Translations under genes and position numbers: made by a program
Notes under the pieces: model-generated
Seen by the model: only the letters and a program-made list of their open reading frames with translations
Database searches by the model: none
Told to the model about the DNA's origin: nothing
Part shown: positions 12,101 to 23,700 of the stretch, piece by piece
How positions within the stretch are numbered: the first letter of the stretch is position 1
Layout: the number at the start of each line of letters is the position of its first letter
NCBI GenBank assembly: GCA_964016885.1
Contig: OZ024744.1
Location: 129,022,001-129,086,000 of the forward strand
Reading direction: 5' to 3'
Length of the DNA stretch: 64,000 bases
DNA from: Eledone cirrhosa
Lineage: Eukaryota

Positions 12101-15100
12101 TGGGGTTAATTTAAGTTGGGGTTAATTTAAGTTGGGGTAAAGTTAAGTTGGGGGTAAGTTAAGTTGGGGTTAAGTTAAGTTGGGGTTAAGTTGGGGTTAA
12201 GTTAAGTTAGGGTTAACTTAAGTTGGGGTTGTGTTAAGTGGTGGTTATGTTAAGTGGTGGTTATGTTAAGTTGGGGTTAAGTTAAGTTGGGGTTAAGTTA
12301 AATTGGGGTTAAGTTAAGTTGCGGTTAAGTTAAGTTGGGGTTAAGTTAAGTTGGGGTTAAGTTAATTAGGGTTAAGTTAAGTTGGGGTTAAGTTAAGTTG
12401 GGGTTAAGTTAAGTTGGGGTTAAGTTAATTTGTGGTTAAGTTAAGTTGGGGTTAAGTTAAGTTGGGGTTAAGTTAAGTTGGGGATAAGTTAAGTTGAGGA
12501 TAAGTTAAGTTGGGGTTAATTAAGTTGGGTTTAAGTTAAGTTGGGGTTAAGTTAAGTTGGGGTTAAGTTAAGTTGGGGTTAAGTTAAGTTGGTTAGTTAA
12601 GTTGAGTTTAAGTTAAGTTGGGGTTAATTTAAGTTGGGGTTAAGTTAAGTTGGGGTTAAGTTAATTTGGGGTTAAGTTAAGTTGGGGTTCAGTTAAGTTG
12701 GGGTTAATTAAGTTGGGGTTAAGTTAAGTTGGGGTTAAGTTAAGTTGGGGTTAAGTTAAGTTGGGGTTAAGTTAAGTTGATGTTAAGTTAAGTTGGGGTT
12801 AATTTAAGTTGGGGTTAAGTTAAGTTGGGGCTAAGTTAAGTTGGAGCTAAGTTAAGTTGGGGCTAAGTTAAGTTGGGGTTAAGTTAAGTTGGGGTTAAGT
12901 TAAGGTGGGGTTAAGTTAAGTTGGGGTCAACTTAAGTTGGGGTTAAGTTAAGTTGGGGTTAACTTAAGTTGGGGTTAAGTTAAGTTGGGGTTAAGTTAAG
13001 TTGGGGTTAAGTTAAGTTGGGGTTACGTTAAGTTGGGGGTAAGTTAAGTTGGTGGTAAGTTAAGTTGGGGGTAAGTTAAGATGGGGTTAAGTTAGGGTTA
13101 AGTTAAGTTAGGGTTAAGTTAATTTGGGGTTGAGTTAAGTTGGGGTTAAGTTAAGTGGTGGTTATGTTAAGTTGGGGTTAAGTTAAGTTGGGGTTAATTT
13201 AAATTGGGGTTAATTTAAATTTGTTGTTAAGTTAAGTTGGGGTTAATTTAAGTTGGGGTTAAGTTAAGTTGGGGTTGAGTTAAGTTGGGGTTGAGTGAAG
13301 TTGGGGTTAAGTTAAGTTGGGGTTAAGTTAAGTTGGGGTTGAGTTAAGTTGGGGTTAATTTAAGTTGGGGCTAAGTTCATTTGGGGTTCAGTTAAGTTGG
13401 GGTTAAATTAAGTTGGGGTTAAGTTAAGTTGGGGTTAAATTAAGTTGGGGTTAAGTTAAGTTGGGGTTAAGTTAAGTTGGGGTTAAGTTAATTTGGGGTT
13501 AAGTGAAGTTAGGGTTAAGTTAAGTTGGGGTTGAGTTAAGTTGGGGGTAAGTTAAGTTGGGGTTATGTTAAGTTGGGGTTACGTTAAGTTGGGTTTAAGT
13601 TAAGTTGGGGTTAAGTTAAGTTGGGGTTAAGTTAAGTTGGGGTTAATTTAAGTTGGGGTTAAGTTAAGTTGGGATTAATTTAAGTTGGGGTTAAGTTAAG
13701 TTGGGGTTAAGTTAAGTTGGGGTTAAATTAAGTTGGGGTTAAGTTAAGTTGGGGTTAAGTTAAGTTGGGGTTAAGTTAATTTGGGGTTAATTTAAGTTAG
13801 GGTAAAGTTAAGTTGGGGTTGAGTTAAGTTGGGGTAAGTTAAGTTGGGGTTAAGTTAAGTTGGGGTTAATTTAAGTTGGGGTTAAGTTAAGTTAGGCTTA
13901 ACTTAAGTTGGGGTTAAGTTAAGTTGGGGGTGAGTTAAGTTGGGGGTAAGTTAAGTTGGGGTTAAGTTAAGTTGGGGTTAAGTTGGGGTTAAGTTAAGTT
14001 AGGGTTAAGTTAATTTGGGGTTGAGTTAAGTTGGGGTTAAGTTAAGTGGTGGTTATGTTAAGTTGGGGTTAAGTTAAGTTGGGGTTAATTTAAATTGGGG
14101 TTAATTTAAATTTGTTGTTAAGTTAAGTTGGGGTTAATTTAAGTTGGGGTTAAGTTAAGTTGGGGTTGAGTTAAGTTGTGGTTGAGTGAAGTTGGGGTTA
14201 AGTTAAGTTGGGGTTAAATTAAGTTGGGGTTAAGTTAAGTTGGGGTTGAGTTAAGTTGGGGTTAATTTAAGTTGGGGCTAAGTTAATTTGGGGTTAAGTT
14301 AAGTTGGGGTTAAATTAAGTTGGGGTTAAGTTAATTTGGGGTTAAGTGAAGTTAGGGTTAAGTTAAGTTGGGGCTGAGTTAAGTTGGGGGTAAGTTAAGT
14401 TGGGGTTATGTTAAGTTGGGGTTAAGTTAAGTTGGGGTTAAGTTAAGTTGGGGTTCAGTTAAGTTGCGGTTAAGTTAAGTTGGGGTTAATTTAAGTTGGG
14501 GTTAAGTTAAGTTGGGGTTAATTTAAGTTGGGGTTAAGTTAAGTTGGGGTTAAGTTAATTTGTGGTTAAGTTAAGTTGGGGTTAAGTTAAGTTGGGGTTA
14601 AATTCAGTCGGGGTTAAGTTAAGTCGGGGTTAAGTTACGTTGGGGTTAAGTTAAGTTGGGGTTAAGTTAAGTTGGGGTTGAGTTAAGTTGGGGTTAAGTT
14701 AAGTTGGGGTTAAGTTAAGTTGGGGTTAAGTTAAGTTGGGGTTAAGTTAAGTTGGGGTTAATTTAAGTTGGGGTTAAGTTAAGTTGGGGTTAATTTAAGT
14801 TGGGGTTAAGTTAAGTTGGGGTTAAGTTAAGTTGGGGTAACGTTAAGTTGGGGGTAAGTTAAGTTGGGGTTAAGTTAAGTTGGGGTTAAGTTGGGGTTAA
14901 GTTAAGTTAGGGTTAACTTAAGTTGGGGTTGTGTTAAGTGGTGGTTATGTTAAGTGGTGGTTATGTTAAGTTGGGGTTAAGTTAAGTTGGGGTTAAGTTA
15001 AGTTGGGGTTAAGTTAAGTTGGGGTTAAGTTAATTAGGGTTAAGTTAAGTTGGGTTTAAGTTAAGTTGGGGTTAAGTTAATTTGTGGTTAAGTTAAGTTG

Positions 15101-17780
15101 GGGTTAAGTTAAGTTGGGGTTAAGTTAAGTTGGGGATAAGTTAAGTTGGGGATAAGTTAAGTTGGGGTTAATTAAGTTGGGTTTAAGTTAAGTTGGGGTT
15201 AAGTTAAGTCGGGGTTAAGTTAAGTTGGGGTTAAGTTAAGTTGGGGGTAAGATAAGTTGGGGTTAGTTAAGTTGCGGTTAAGTTAAGTTGGGGTTAAGTT
15301 AAGTTGGGGTTAAGTTAAGTTGGGGTTAAGTTAAGTTGGGGTTAATTTAAGTTGGGGTTAATTTAAGTTGGGGTAAAGTTAAGTTGGGGGTAAGTTAAGT
15401 TGGGGTTAAGTTAAGTTGGGGTTAAGTTGGGGTTAAGTTAAGTTAGGGTTAACTTAAGTTGGGGTTGTGTTAAGTGGTGGTTATGTTAAGTGGTGGTTAT
15501 GTTAAGTTGGGGTTAAGTTAAGTTGGGGTTAAGTTAAATTGGGGTTAAGTTAAGTTGCGGTTAAGTTAAGTTGGGGTTAAGTTAAGTTGGGGTTAAGTTA
15601 ATTAGGGTTAAGTTAATTTGGGGTTAAGTTAAGTTGGGGTTAAGTTAAGTTGGGGTTAAGTTAATTTGTGGTTAAGTTAAGTTGGGGTTAAGTTAAGTTG
15701 GGGTTAAGTTAAGTTGGGGATAAGTTAAGTTGAGGATAAGTTAAGTTGGGGTTAATTAAGTTGGGTTTAAGTTAAGTTGGGGTTAAGTTAAGTTGGGGTT
15801 AAGTTAAGTTGGGGTTAAGTTAAGTTGGTTAGTTAAGTTGAGTTTAAGTTAAGTTGGGGTTAATTTAAGTTGGGGTTAAGTTAAGTTGGGGTTAAGTTAA
15901 TTTGGGGTTAAGTTAAGTTGGGGTTCAGTTAAGTTGGGGTTCAGTTAAGTTGGGGTTAAGTTGGGGTAAAATTAAGTTGGGGTTAAGTTAAGTTGCGGTT
16001 AAGTTAAAATGAGGTTAAGTTAAGTTGGGGTTAAGTTAAGTTGGGGTTAAGTTAAGTTGGGGCTAAGTTAAGTTGGGGCTAAGTTAAGTTGGGGCTAAGT
16101 TAAGTTGGGATTAAGTTAACTTTGGGTTAAGTTAAGTTGGGTTTGAGTTAAGTTGGGGTTAATTAAGTTGGGGTTAAGTTAAGTTGGGGTTAAGTTAAGT
16201 TGGGGTTAAGTTAAGTTGGGGTTAAGTTAAGTTGATGTTAAGTTAAGTTGGGGTTAATTTAAGTTGGGGTTAATTTAAATTTGCTGTTAAGTTAAGTTGG
16301 GGTTAATTTAAGTTGGGGTTAAGTTAAGTTGGGGTTGAGTTAAGTTGTGGTTGAGTGAAGTTGGGGTTAAGTTAAGTTGGGGTTAAATTAAGTTGGGGTT
16401 AAGTTAAGTTGGGGTTGAGTTAAGTTGGGGTTAATTTAAGTTGGGGCTAAGTTAATTTGGGGTTAAGTTAAGTTGGGGTTAAATTAAGTTGGGGTTAAGT
16501 TAAGTTGGGGTTAAGTTAAGTTGGGGTTAAGTTAATTTGGGGTTAAGTGAAGTTAGGGTTAAGTTAAGTTGGGGCTGAGTTAAGTTGGGGGTAAGTTAAG
16601 TTGGGGTTATGTTAAGTTGGGGTTAAGTTAAGTTGGGGTTAAGTTAAGTTGGGGTTCAGTTAAGTTGCGGTTAAGTTAAGTTGGGGTTAAGTTAAGTTGG
16701 GGTTAAGTTAAGTTGGGGTTAATTTAAGTTGGGGTTAAGTTAAGTTGGGGTTAAGTTAATTTGTGGTTAAGTTAAGTTGGGGTTAAGTTAAGTTGGGGTT
16801 AAATTCAATCGGGGTTAAGTTAAGTCGGGGTTAAGTTACGTTGGGGTTAAGTTAAGTTGGGGTTAAGTTAAGTTGGGGTTGAGTTAAGTTGGGGTTAAGT
16901 TAAGTTGGGGTTAAGTTAAGTTGGGGTTAAGTTAAGTTGGGGTTAAGTTAAGTTGGGGTTAATTTAAGTTGGGGTTAAGTTAAGTTGGGGTTAATTTAAG
17001 TTGGGGTTAATTTAAGTTGGGGTTAAGTTAAGTTGGGGTTAAGTTAAGTTGGGGTAACGTTAAGTTGGGGGTAAGTTAAGTTGGGGTTAAGTTAAGTTGG
17101 GGTTAAGTTGGGGTTAAGTTAAGTTAGGGTTAACTTAAGTTGGGGTTGTGTTAAGTGGTGGTTATGTTAAGTGGTGGTTATGTTAAGTTGGGGTTAAGTT
17201 AAGTTGGGGTTAAGTTAAGTTGGGGTTAAGTTAAGTTGGGGTTAAGTTAATTAGGGTTAAGTTAAGTTGGGTTTAAGTTAAGTTGGGGTTAAGTTAATTT
17301 GTGGTTAAGTTAAGTTGGGGTTAAGTTAAGTTGGGGTTAAGTTAAGTTGGGGATAAGTTAAGTTGGGGATAAGTTAAGTTGGGGTTAATTAAGTTGGGTT
17401 TAAGTTAAGTTGGGGTTAAGTTAAGTCGGGGTTAAGTTAAGTTGGGGTTAAGTTAAGTTGGGGGTAAGATAAGTTGGGGTTAGTTAAGTTGGGGTTAAGT
17501 AAAGTTGGGGTTCAGTTAAGTTGGGGTTAAGTTAAGTTAGGCTTAACTTAAGTTGGGGTTAAGTTAAGTTGGGGGTGAGTTAAGTTGGGGGTAAGTTAAG
17601 TTGGGGTTAAGTTAAGTTGGGGTTAAGTTGGGGTTAAGTTAATTTAGGGTTAAGTTAAGTTGGGGTTGAGTTAAGTTGGGGTTAAGTTAAGTGGTGGTTA
17701 TGTTAAGTTGGGGTTAAGTTAAGTTGGGGTTAATTTAAATTGGGGTTAATTTAACTTTGTGGTTAAGTTAATTTGGGGTT
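3110..17780 (+). repeat. ~7.6-kb segmental duplication (~3.1-10.2 kb copied at ~10.7-17.8 kb)
   Basis: Offset 7617 for TTGAGG 3943/11560 and GTTGGCG 4194/11811. Offset 7601 for AAAATGAGG 8405/16006 and AAATTC 9200/16801. Offset changes are whole-monomer indels. Confidence 0.85.
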
Positions 17781-20700
17781 AAGTTAATTAGGGTTAAGTT
17801 AAGTTGGGGTTAAGTTAAGTTGGGGTTAAGTTAAGTTGGGGTTAAGTTAATTTGTGGTTAAGTTAAGTTGGGGTTAAGTTAAGTTGGGGTTAAGTTAAGT
17901 TGGGGATAAGTTAAGTTGAGGATAAGTTAAGTTGGGGTTAATTAAGTTGGGTTTAAGTTAAGTTGGGGTTAAGTTAAGTTGGGGTTAAGTTAAGTTGGGG
18001 TTAAGTTAAGTTGGTTAGTTAAGTTGAGTTTAAGTTAAGTTGGGGTTAATTTAAGTTGGGGTTAAGTTAAGTTGGGGTTAAGTTAATTTGGGGTTAAGTT
18101 AAGTTGGGGTTCAGTTAAGTTGGGGTTAATTAAGTTGGGGTTAAGTTAAGTTGGGGTTAAGTTAAGTTGGGGTTAAGTTAAGTTGGGGTTAAGTTAAGTT
18201 GATGTTAAGTTAAGTTGGGGTTAATTTAAGTTGGGGTTAAGTTAAGTTGGGGCTAAGTTAAGTTGGAGCTAAGTTAAGTTGGGGCTAAGTTAAGTTGGGG
18301 TTAAGTTAAGTTGGGGTTAAGTTAAGGTGGGGTTAAGTTAAGTTGGGGTCAACTTAAGTTGGGGTTAAGTTAAGTTGGGGTTAACTTAAGTTGGGGTTAA
18401 GTTAAGTTGGGGTTAAGTTAAGTTGGGGTTAAGTTAAGTTGGGGTTACGTTAAGTTGGGGGTAAGTTAACTTGGTGGTAAGTTAAGTTGGGGGTAAGTTA
18501 AGATGGGGTTAAGTTAGGGTTAAGTTAAGTTAGGGTTAAGTTAATTTGGGGTTGAGTTAAGTTGGGGTTAAGTTAAGTGGTGGTTATGTTAAGTTGGGGT
18601 TAAGTTAAGTTGGGGTTAATTTAAATTGGGGTTAATTTAAATTTGTTGTTAAGTTAAGTTGGGGTTAATTTAAGTTGGGGTTAAGTTAAGTTGGGGTTGA
18701 GTTAAGTTGGGGTTGAATGAAGTTGGGGTTAAGTTAAGTTGGGGTTAAGTTAAGTTGGGGTTGAGTTAAGTTGGGGTTAATTTAAGTTGGGGCTAAGTTC
18801 ATTTGGGGTTCAGTTAAGTTGGGGTTAAGTTAAGTTGGGGTTAATTTAAGTTGGGGTTAAGTTAAGTTGGGATTAATTTAAGTTGGGGTTAAGTTAAGTT
18901 GGGGTTAAGTTAAGTTGGGGTTAAATTAAGTTGGGGTTAAGTTAAGTTGGGGTAAAGTTAAGATGGGGTTAAGTTAATTTGGGGTTAAGTTAAGTTAGGG
19001 TAAAGTTAAGTTGGGCTTGAGTTAAGTTGGGGTAAGTTAAGTTGGGGTTAAGTTAAGTTGGGGTTAAGTTAAGTTGGGGTTAAGTTAAGTTAGGCTTAAC
19101 TTAAGTTGGGGTTAAGTTAAGTTGGGGGTGAGTTAAGTTGGGGGTAAGTTAAGTTGGGGTTAAGTTAAGTTGGGGTTAAGTTGGGGTTAAGTTAAGTTAG
19201 GGTTAAGTTAATTTGGGGTTGAGTTAAGTTGGGGTTAAGTTAAGTGGTGGTTATGTTAAGTTGGGGTTAAGTTAAGTTGGGGTTAATTTAAATTGGGGTT
19301 AATTTAAATTTGTTGTTAAGTTAAGTTGGGGTTAATTTAAGTTGGGGTTAAGTTAAGTTGGGGTTGAGTTAAGTTGTGGTTGAGTGAAGTTGGGGTTAAG
19401 TTAAGTTGGGGTTAAATTAAGTTGGGGTTAAGTTAAGTTGGGGTTGAGTTAAGTTGGGGTTAATTTAAGTTGGGGCTAAGTTAATTTGGGGTTAAGTTAA
19501 GTTGGGGTTAAATTAAGTTGGGGTTAAGTTAAGTTGGGGTTAAGTTAAGTTGGGGTTAAGTTAATTTGGGGTTAAGTGAAGTTAGGGTTAAGTTAAGTTG
19601 GGGCTGAGTTAAGTTGGGGGTAAGTTAAGTTGGGGTTATGTTAAGTTGGGGTTAAGTTAAGTTGGGGTTAAGTTAAGTTGGGGTTCAGTTAAGTTGCGGT
19701 TAAGTTAAGTTGGGGTTAAGTTAAGTTGGGGTTAAGTTAAGTTGGGGTTAATTTAAGTTGGGGTTAAGTTAAGTTGGGGTTAAGTTAATTTGTGGTTAAG
19801 TTAAGTTGGGGTTAAGTTAAGTTGGGGTTAAATTCAGTCGGGGTTAAGTTAAGTCGGGGTTAAGTTACGTTGGGGTTAAGTTAAGTTGGGGTTAAGTTAA
19901 GTTGGGGTTGAGTTAAGTTGGGGTTAAGTTAAGTTGGGGTTAAGTTAAGTTGGGGTTAAGTTAAGTTGGGGTTAAGTTAAGTTGGGGTTAATTTAAGTTG
20001 GGGTTAAGTTAAGTTGGGGTTAATTTAAGTTGGGGTTAATTTAAGTTGGGGTTAAGTTAAGTTGGGGTTAAGTTAAGTTGGGGTAACGTTAAGTTGGGGG
20101 TAAGTTAAGTTGGGGTTAAGTTAAGTTGGGGTTAAGTTGGGGTTAAGTTAAGTTAGGGTTAACTTAAGTTGGGGTTGTGTTAAGTGGTGGTTATGTTAAG
20201 TGGTGGTTATGTTAAGTTGGGGTTAAGTTAAGTTGGGGTTAAGTTAAGTTGGGGTTAAGTTAAGTTGGGGTTAAGTTAATTAGGGTTAAGTTAAGTTGGG
20301 TTTAAGTTAAGTTGGGGTTAAGTTAATTTGTGGTTAAGTTAAGTTGGGGTTAAGTTAAGTTGGGGTTAAGTTAAGTTGGGGATAAGTTAAGTTGGGGATA
20401 AGTTAAGTTGGGGTTAATTAAGTTGGGTTTAAGTTAAGTTGGGGTTAAGTTAAGTCGGGGTTAAGTTAAGTTGGGGTTAAGTTAAGTTGGGGGTAAGATA
20501 AGTTGGGGTTAGTTAAGTTGGGGTTAAGTAAAGTTGGGGTTCAGTTAAGTTGGGGTTAAGTTAAGTTAGGCTTAACTTAAGTTGGGGTTAAGTTAAGTTG
20601 GGGGTGAGTTAAGTTGGGGGTAAGTTAAGTTGGGGTTAAGTTAAGTTGGGGTTAAGTTGGGGTTAAGTTAATTTAGGGTTAAGTTAAGTTGGGGTTGAGT

Positions 20701-23700
20701 TAAGTTGGGGTTAAGTTAAGTGGTGGTTATGTTAAGTTGGGGTTAAGTTAAGTTGGGGTTAATTTAAATTGGGGTTAATTTAACTTTGTGGTTAAGTTAA
20801 TTTGGGGTTAATTTAAGTTGGGGTTAAGTTAAGTTGGGGTTAATTTAATTTGTGGTTAAGTTAAGTTGGGGTTAAGTTAAGTTGGCGTTGAGTTAAGCTG
20901 GGGTTAAGTTAAGTTGGGGTTAAAATAAGTTGGGGTTAAGTTAAGTTGGGGTTGGGTTAAGTTGGGGTTGAGTTAATTTGGGGTTAAGTTAAGTTGGGGT
21001 TAACTTAAGTTGGGTTTAATTTAAGTTGGGGTTAAGTTAAGTTGGGGTTATAATTAAGTTGGGGTTAAGTTAAGTTGGGGGTAAGATAAGTTGGGGTTAG
21101 TTAAGTTGCGGTTAAGTTAAGTTGGGGTTAAGTTAAGTTGGGGTTAAGTTAAGTTGGGGTTAAGTTAAGTTGGGGTTAATTTAAGTTGGGGTTAATTTAA
21201 GTTGGGGTAAAGTTAAGTTGGGGGTAAGTTAAGTTGGGGTTAAGTTAAGTTGGGGTTAAGTTGGGGTTAAGTTAAGTTAGGGTTAACTTAAGTTGGGGTT
21301 GTGTTAAGTGGTGGTTATGTTAAGTGGTGGTTATGTTAAGTTGGGGTTAAGTTAAGTTGGGGTTAAGTTAAATTGGGGTTAAGTTAAGTTGCGGTTAAGT
21401 TAAGTTGGGGTTAAGTTAAGTTGGGGTTAAGTTAATTAGGGTTAAGTTAAGTTGGGGTTAAGTTAAGTTGGGGTTAAGTTAAGTTGGGGTTAAGTTAATT
21501 TGTGGTTAAGTTAAGTTGGGGTTAAGTTAAGTTGGGGTTAAGTTAAGTTGGGGATAAGTTAAGTTGAGGATAAGTTAAGTTGGGGTTAATTAAGTTGGGT
21601 TTAAGTTAAGTTGGGGTTAAGTTAAGTTGGGGTTAAGTTAAGTTGGGGTTAAGTTAAGTTGGTTAGTTAAGTTGAGTTTAAGTTAAGTTGGGGTTAATTT
21701 AAGTTGGGGTTAAGTTAAGTTGGGGTTAAGTTAATTTGGGGTTAAGTTAAGTTGGGGTTCAGTTAAGTTGGGGTTAATTAAGTTGGGGTTAAGTTAAGTT
21801 GGGGTTAAGTTAAGTTGGGGTTAAGTTAAGTTGGGGTTAAGTTAAGTTGATGTTAAGTTAAGTTGGGGTTAATTTAAGTTGGGGTTAAGTTAAGTTGGGG
21901 CTAAGTTAAGTTGGAGCTAAGTTAAGTTGGGGCTAAGTTAAGTTGGGGTTAAGTTAAGTTGGGGTTAAGTTAAGGTGGGGTTAAGTTAAGTTGGGGTCAA
22001 CTTAAGTTGGGGTTAAGTTAAGTTGGGGTTAACTTAAGTTGGGGTTAAGTTAAGTTGGGGTTAAGTTAAGTTGGGGTTAAGTTAAGTTGGGGTTACGTTA
22101 AGTTGGGGGTAAGTTAAGTTGGTGGTAAGTTAAGTTGGGGGTAAGTTAAGATGGGGTTAAGTTAGGGTTAAGTTAAGTTAGGGTTATGTTAATTTGGGGT
22201 TGAGTTAAGTTGGGGTTAAGTTAAGTGGTGGTTATGTTAAGTTGGGGTTAAGTTAAGTTGGGGTTAATTTAAATTGGGGTTAATTTAAATTTGTTGTTAA
22301 GTTAAGTTGGGGTTAATTTAAGTTGGGGTTAAGTTAAGTTGGGGTTGAGTTAAGTTGGGGTTGAGTGAAGTTGGGGTTAAGTTAAGTTGGGGTTAAGTTA
22401 AGTTGGGGTTGAGTTAAGTTGGGGTTAATTTAAGTTGGGGCTAAGTTCATTTGGGGTTCAGTTAAGTTGGGGTTAAATTAAGTTGGGGTTAAGTTAAGTT
22501 GGGGTTAAATTAAGTTGGGGTTAAGTTAAGTTGGGGTTAAGTTAAGTTGGGGTTAAGTTAATTTGGGGTTAAGTGAAGTTAGGGTTAAGTTAAGTTGGGG
22601 TTGAGTTAAGTTGGGGGTAAGTTAAGTTGGGGTTATGTTAAGTTGGGGTTACGTTAAGTTGGGTTTAAGTTAAGTTGGGGTTAAGTTAAGTTGGGGTTAA
22701 GTTAAGTTGGGGTTAATTTAAGTTGGGGTTAAGTTAAGTTGGGATTAATTTAAGTTGGGGTTAAGTTAAGTTGGGGTTAAGTTAAGTTGGGGTTAAATTA
22801 AGTTGGGGTTAAGTTAAGTTGGGGTTAAGTTAAGTTGGGGTTAAGTTAATTTGGGGTTAATTTAAGTTAGGGTAAAGTTAAGTTGGGGTTGAGTTAAGTT
22901 GGGGTAAGTTAAGTTGGGGTTAAGTTAAGTTGGGGTTAATTTAAGTTGGGGTTAAGTTAAGTTAGGCTTAACTTAAGTTGGGGTTAAGTTAAGTTGGGGG
23001 TGAGTTAAGTTGGGGGTAAGTTAAGTTGGGGTTAAGTTAAGTTGGGGTTAAGTTGGGGTTAAGTTAAGTTAGGGTTAAGTTAATTTGGGGTTGAGTTAAG
23101 TTGGGGTTAAGTTAAGTGGTGGTTATGTTAAGTTGGGGTTAAGTTAAGTTGGGGTTAATTTAAATTGGGGTTAATTTAAATTTGTTGTTAAGTTAAGTTG
23201 GGGTTAATTTAAGTTGGGGTTAAGTTAAGTTGGGGTTGAGTTAAGTTGTGGTTGAGTGAAGTTGGGGTTAAGTTAAGTTGGGGTTAAATTAAGTTGGGGT
23301 TAAGTTAAGTTGGGGTTGAGTTAAGTTGGGGTTAATTTAAGTTGGGGCTAAGTTAATTTGGGGTTAAGTTAAGTTGGGGTTAAATTAAGTTGGGGTTAAG
23401 TTAAGTTGGGGTTAAGTTAAGTTGGGGCTAAGTTAATTTGGGGTTAAGTGAAGTTAGGGTTAAGTTAAGTTGGGGCTGAGTTAAGTTGGGGGTAAGTTAA
23501 GTTGGGGTTATGTTAAGTTGGGGTTAAGTTAAGTTGGGGTTAAGTTAAGTTGGGGTTCAGTTAAGTTGCGGTTAAGTTAAGTTGGGGTTAATTTAAGTTG
23601 GGGTTAAGTTAAGTTGGGGTTAATTTAAGTTGGGGTTAAGTTAAGTTGGGGTTAAGTTAATTTGTGGTTAAGTTAAGTTGGGGTTAAGTTAAGTTGGGGT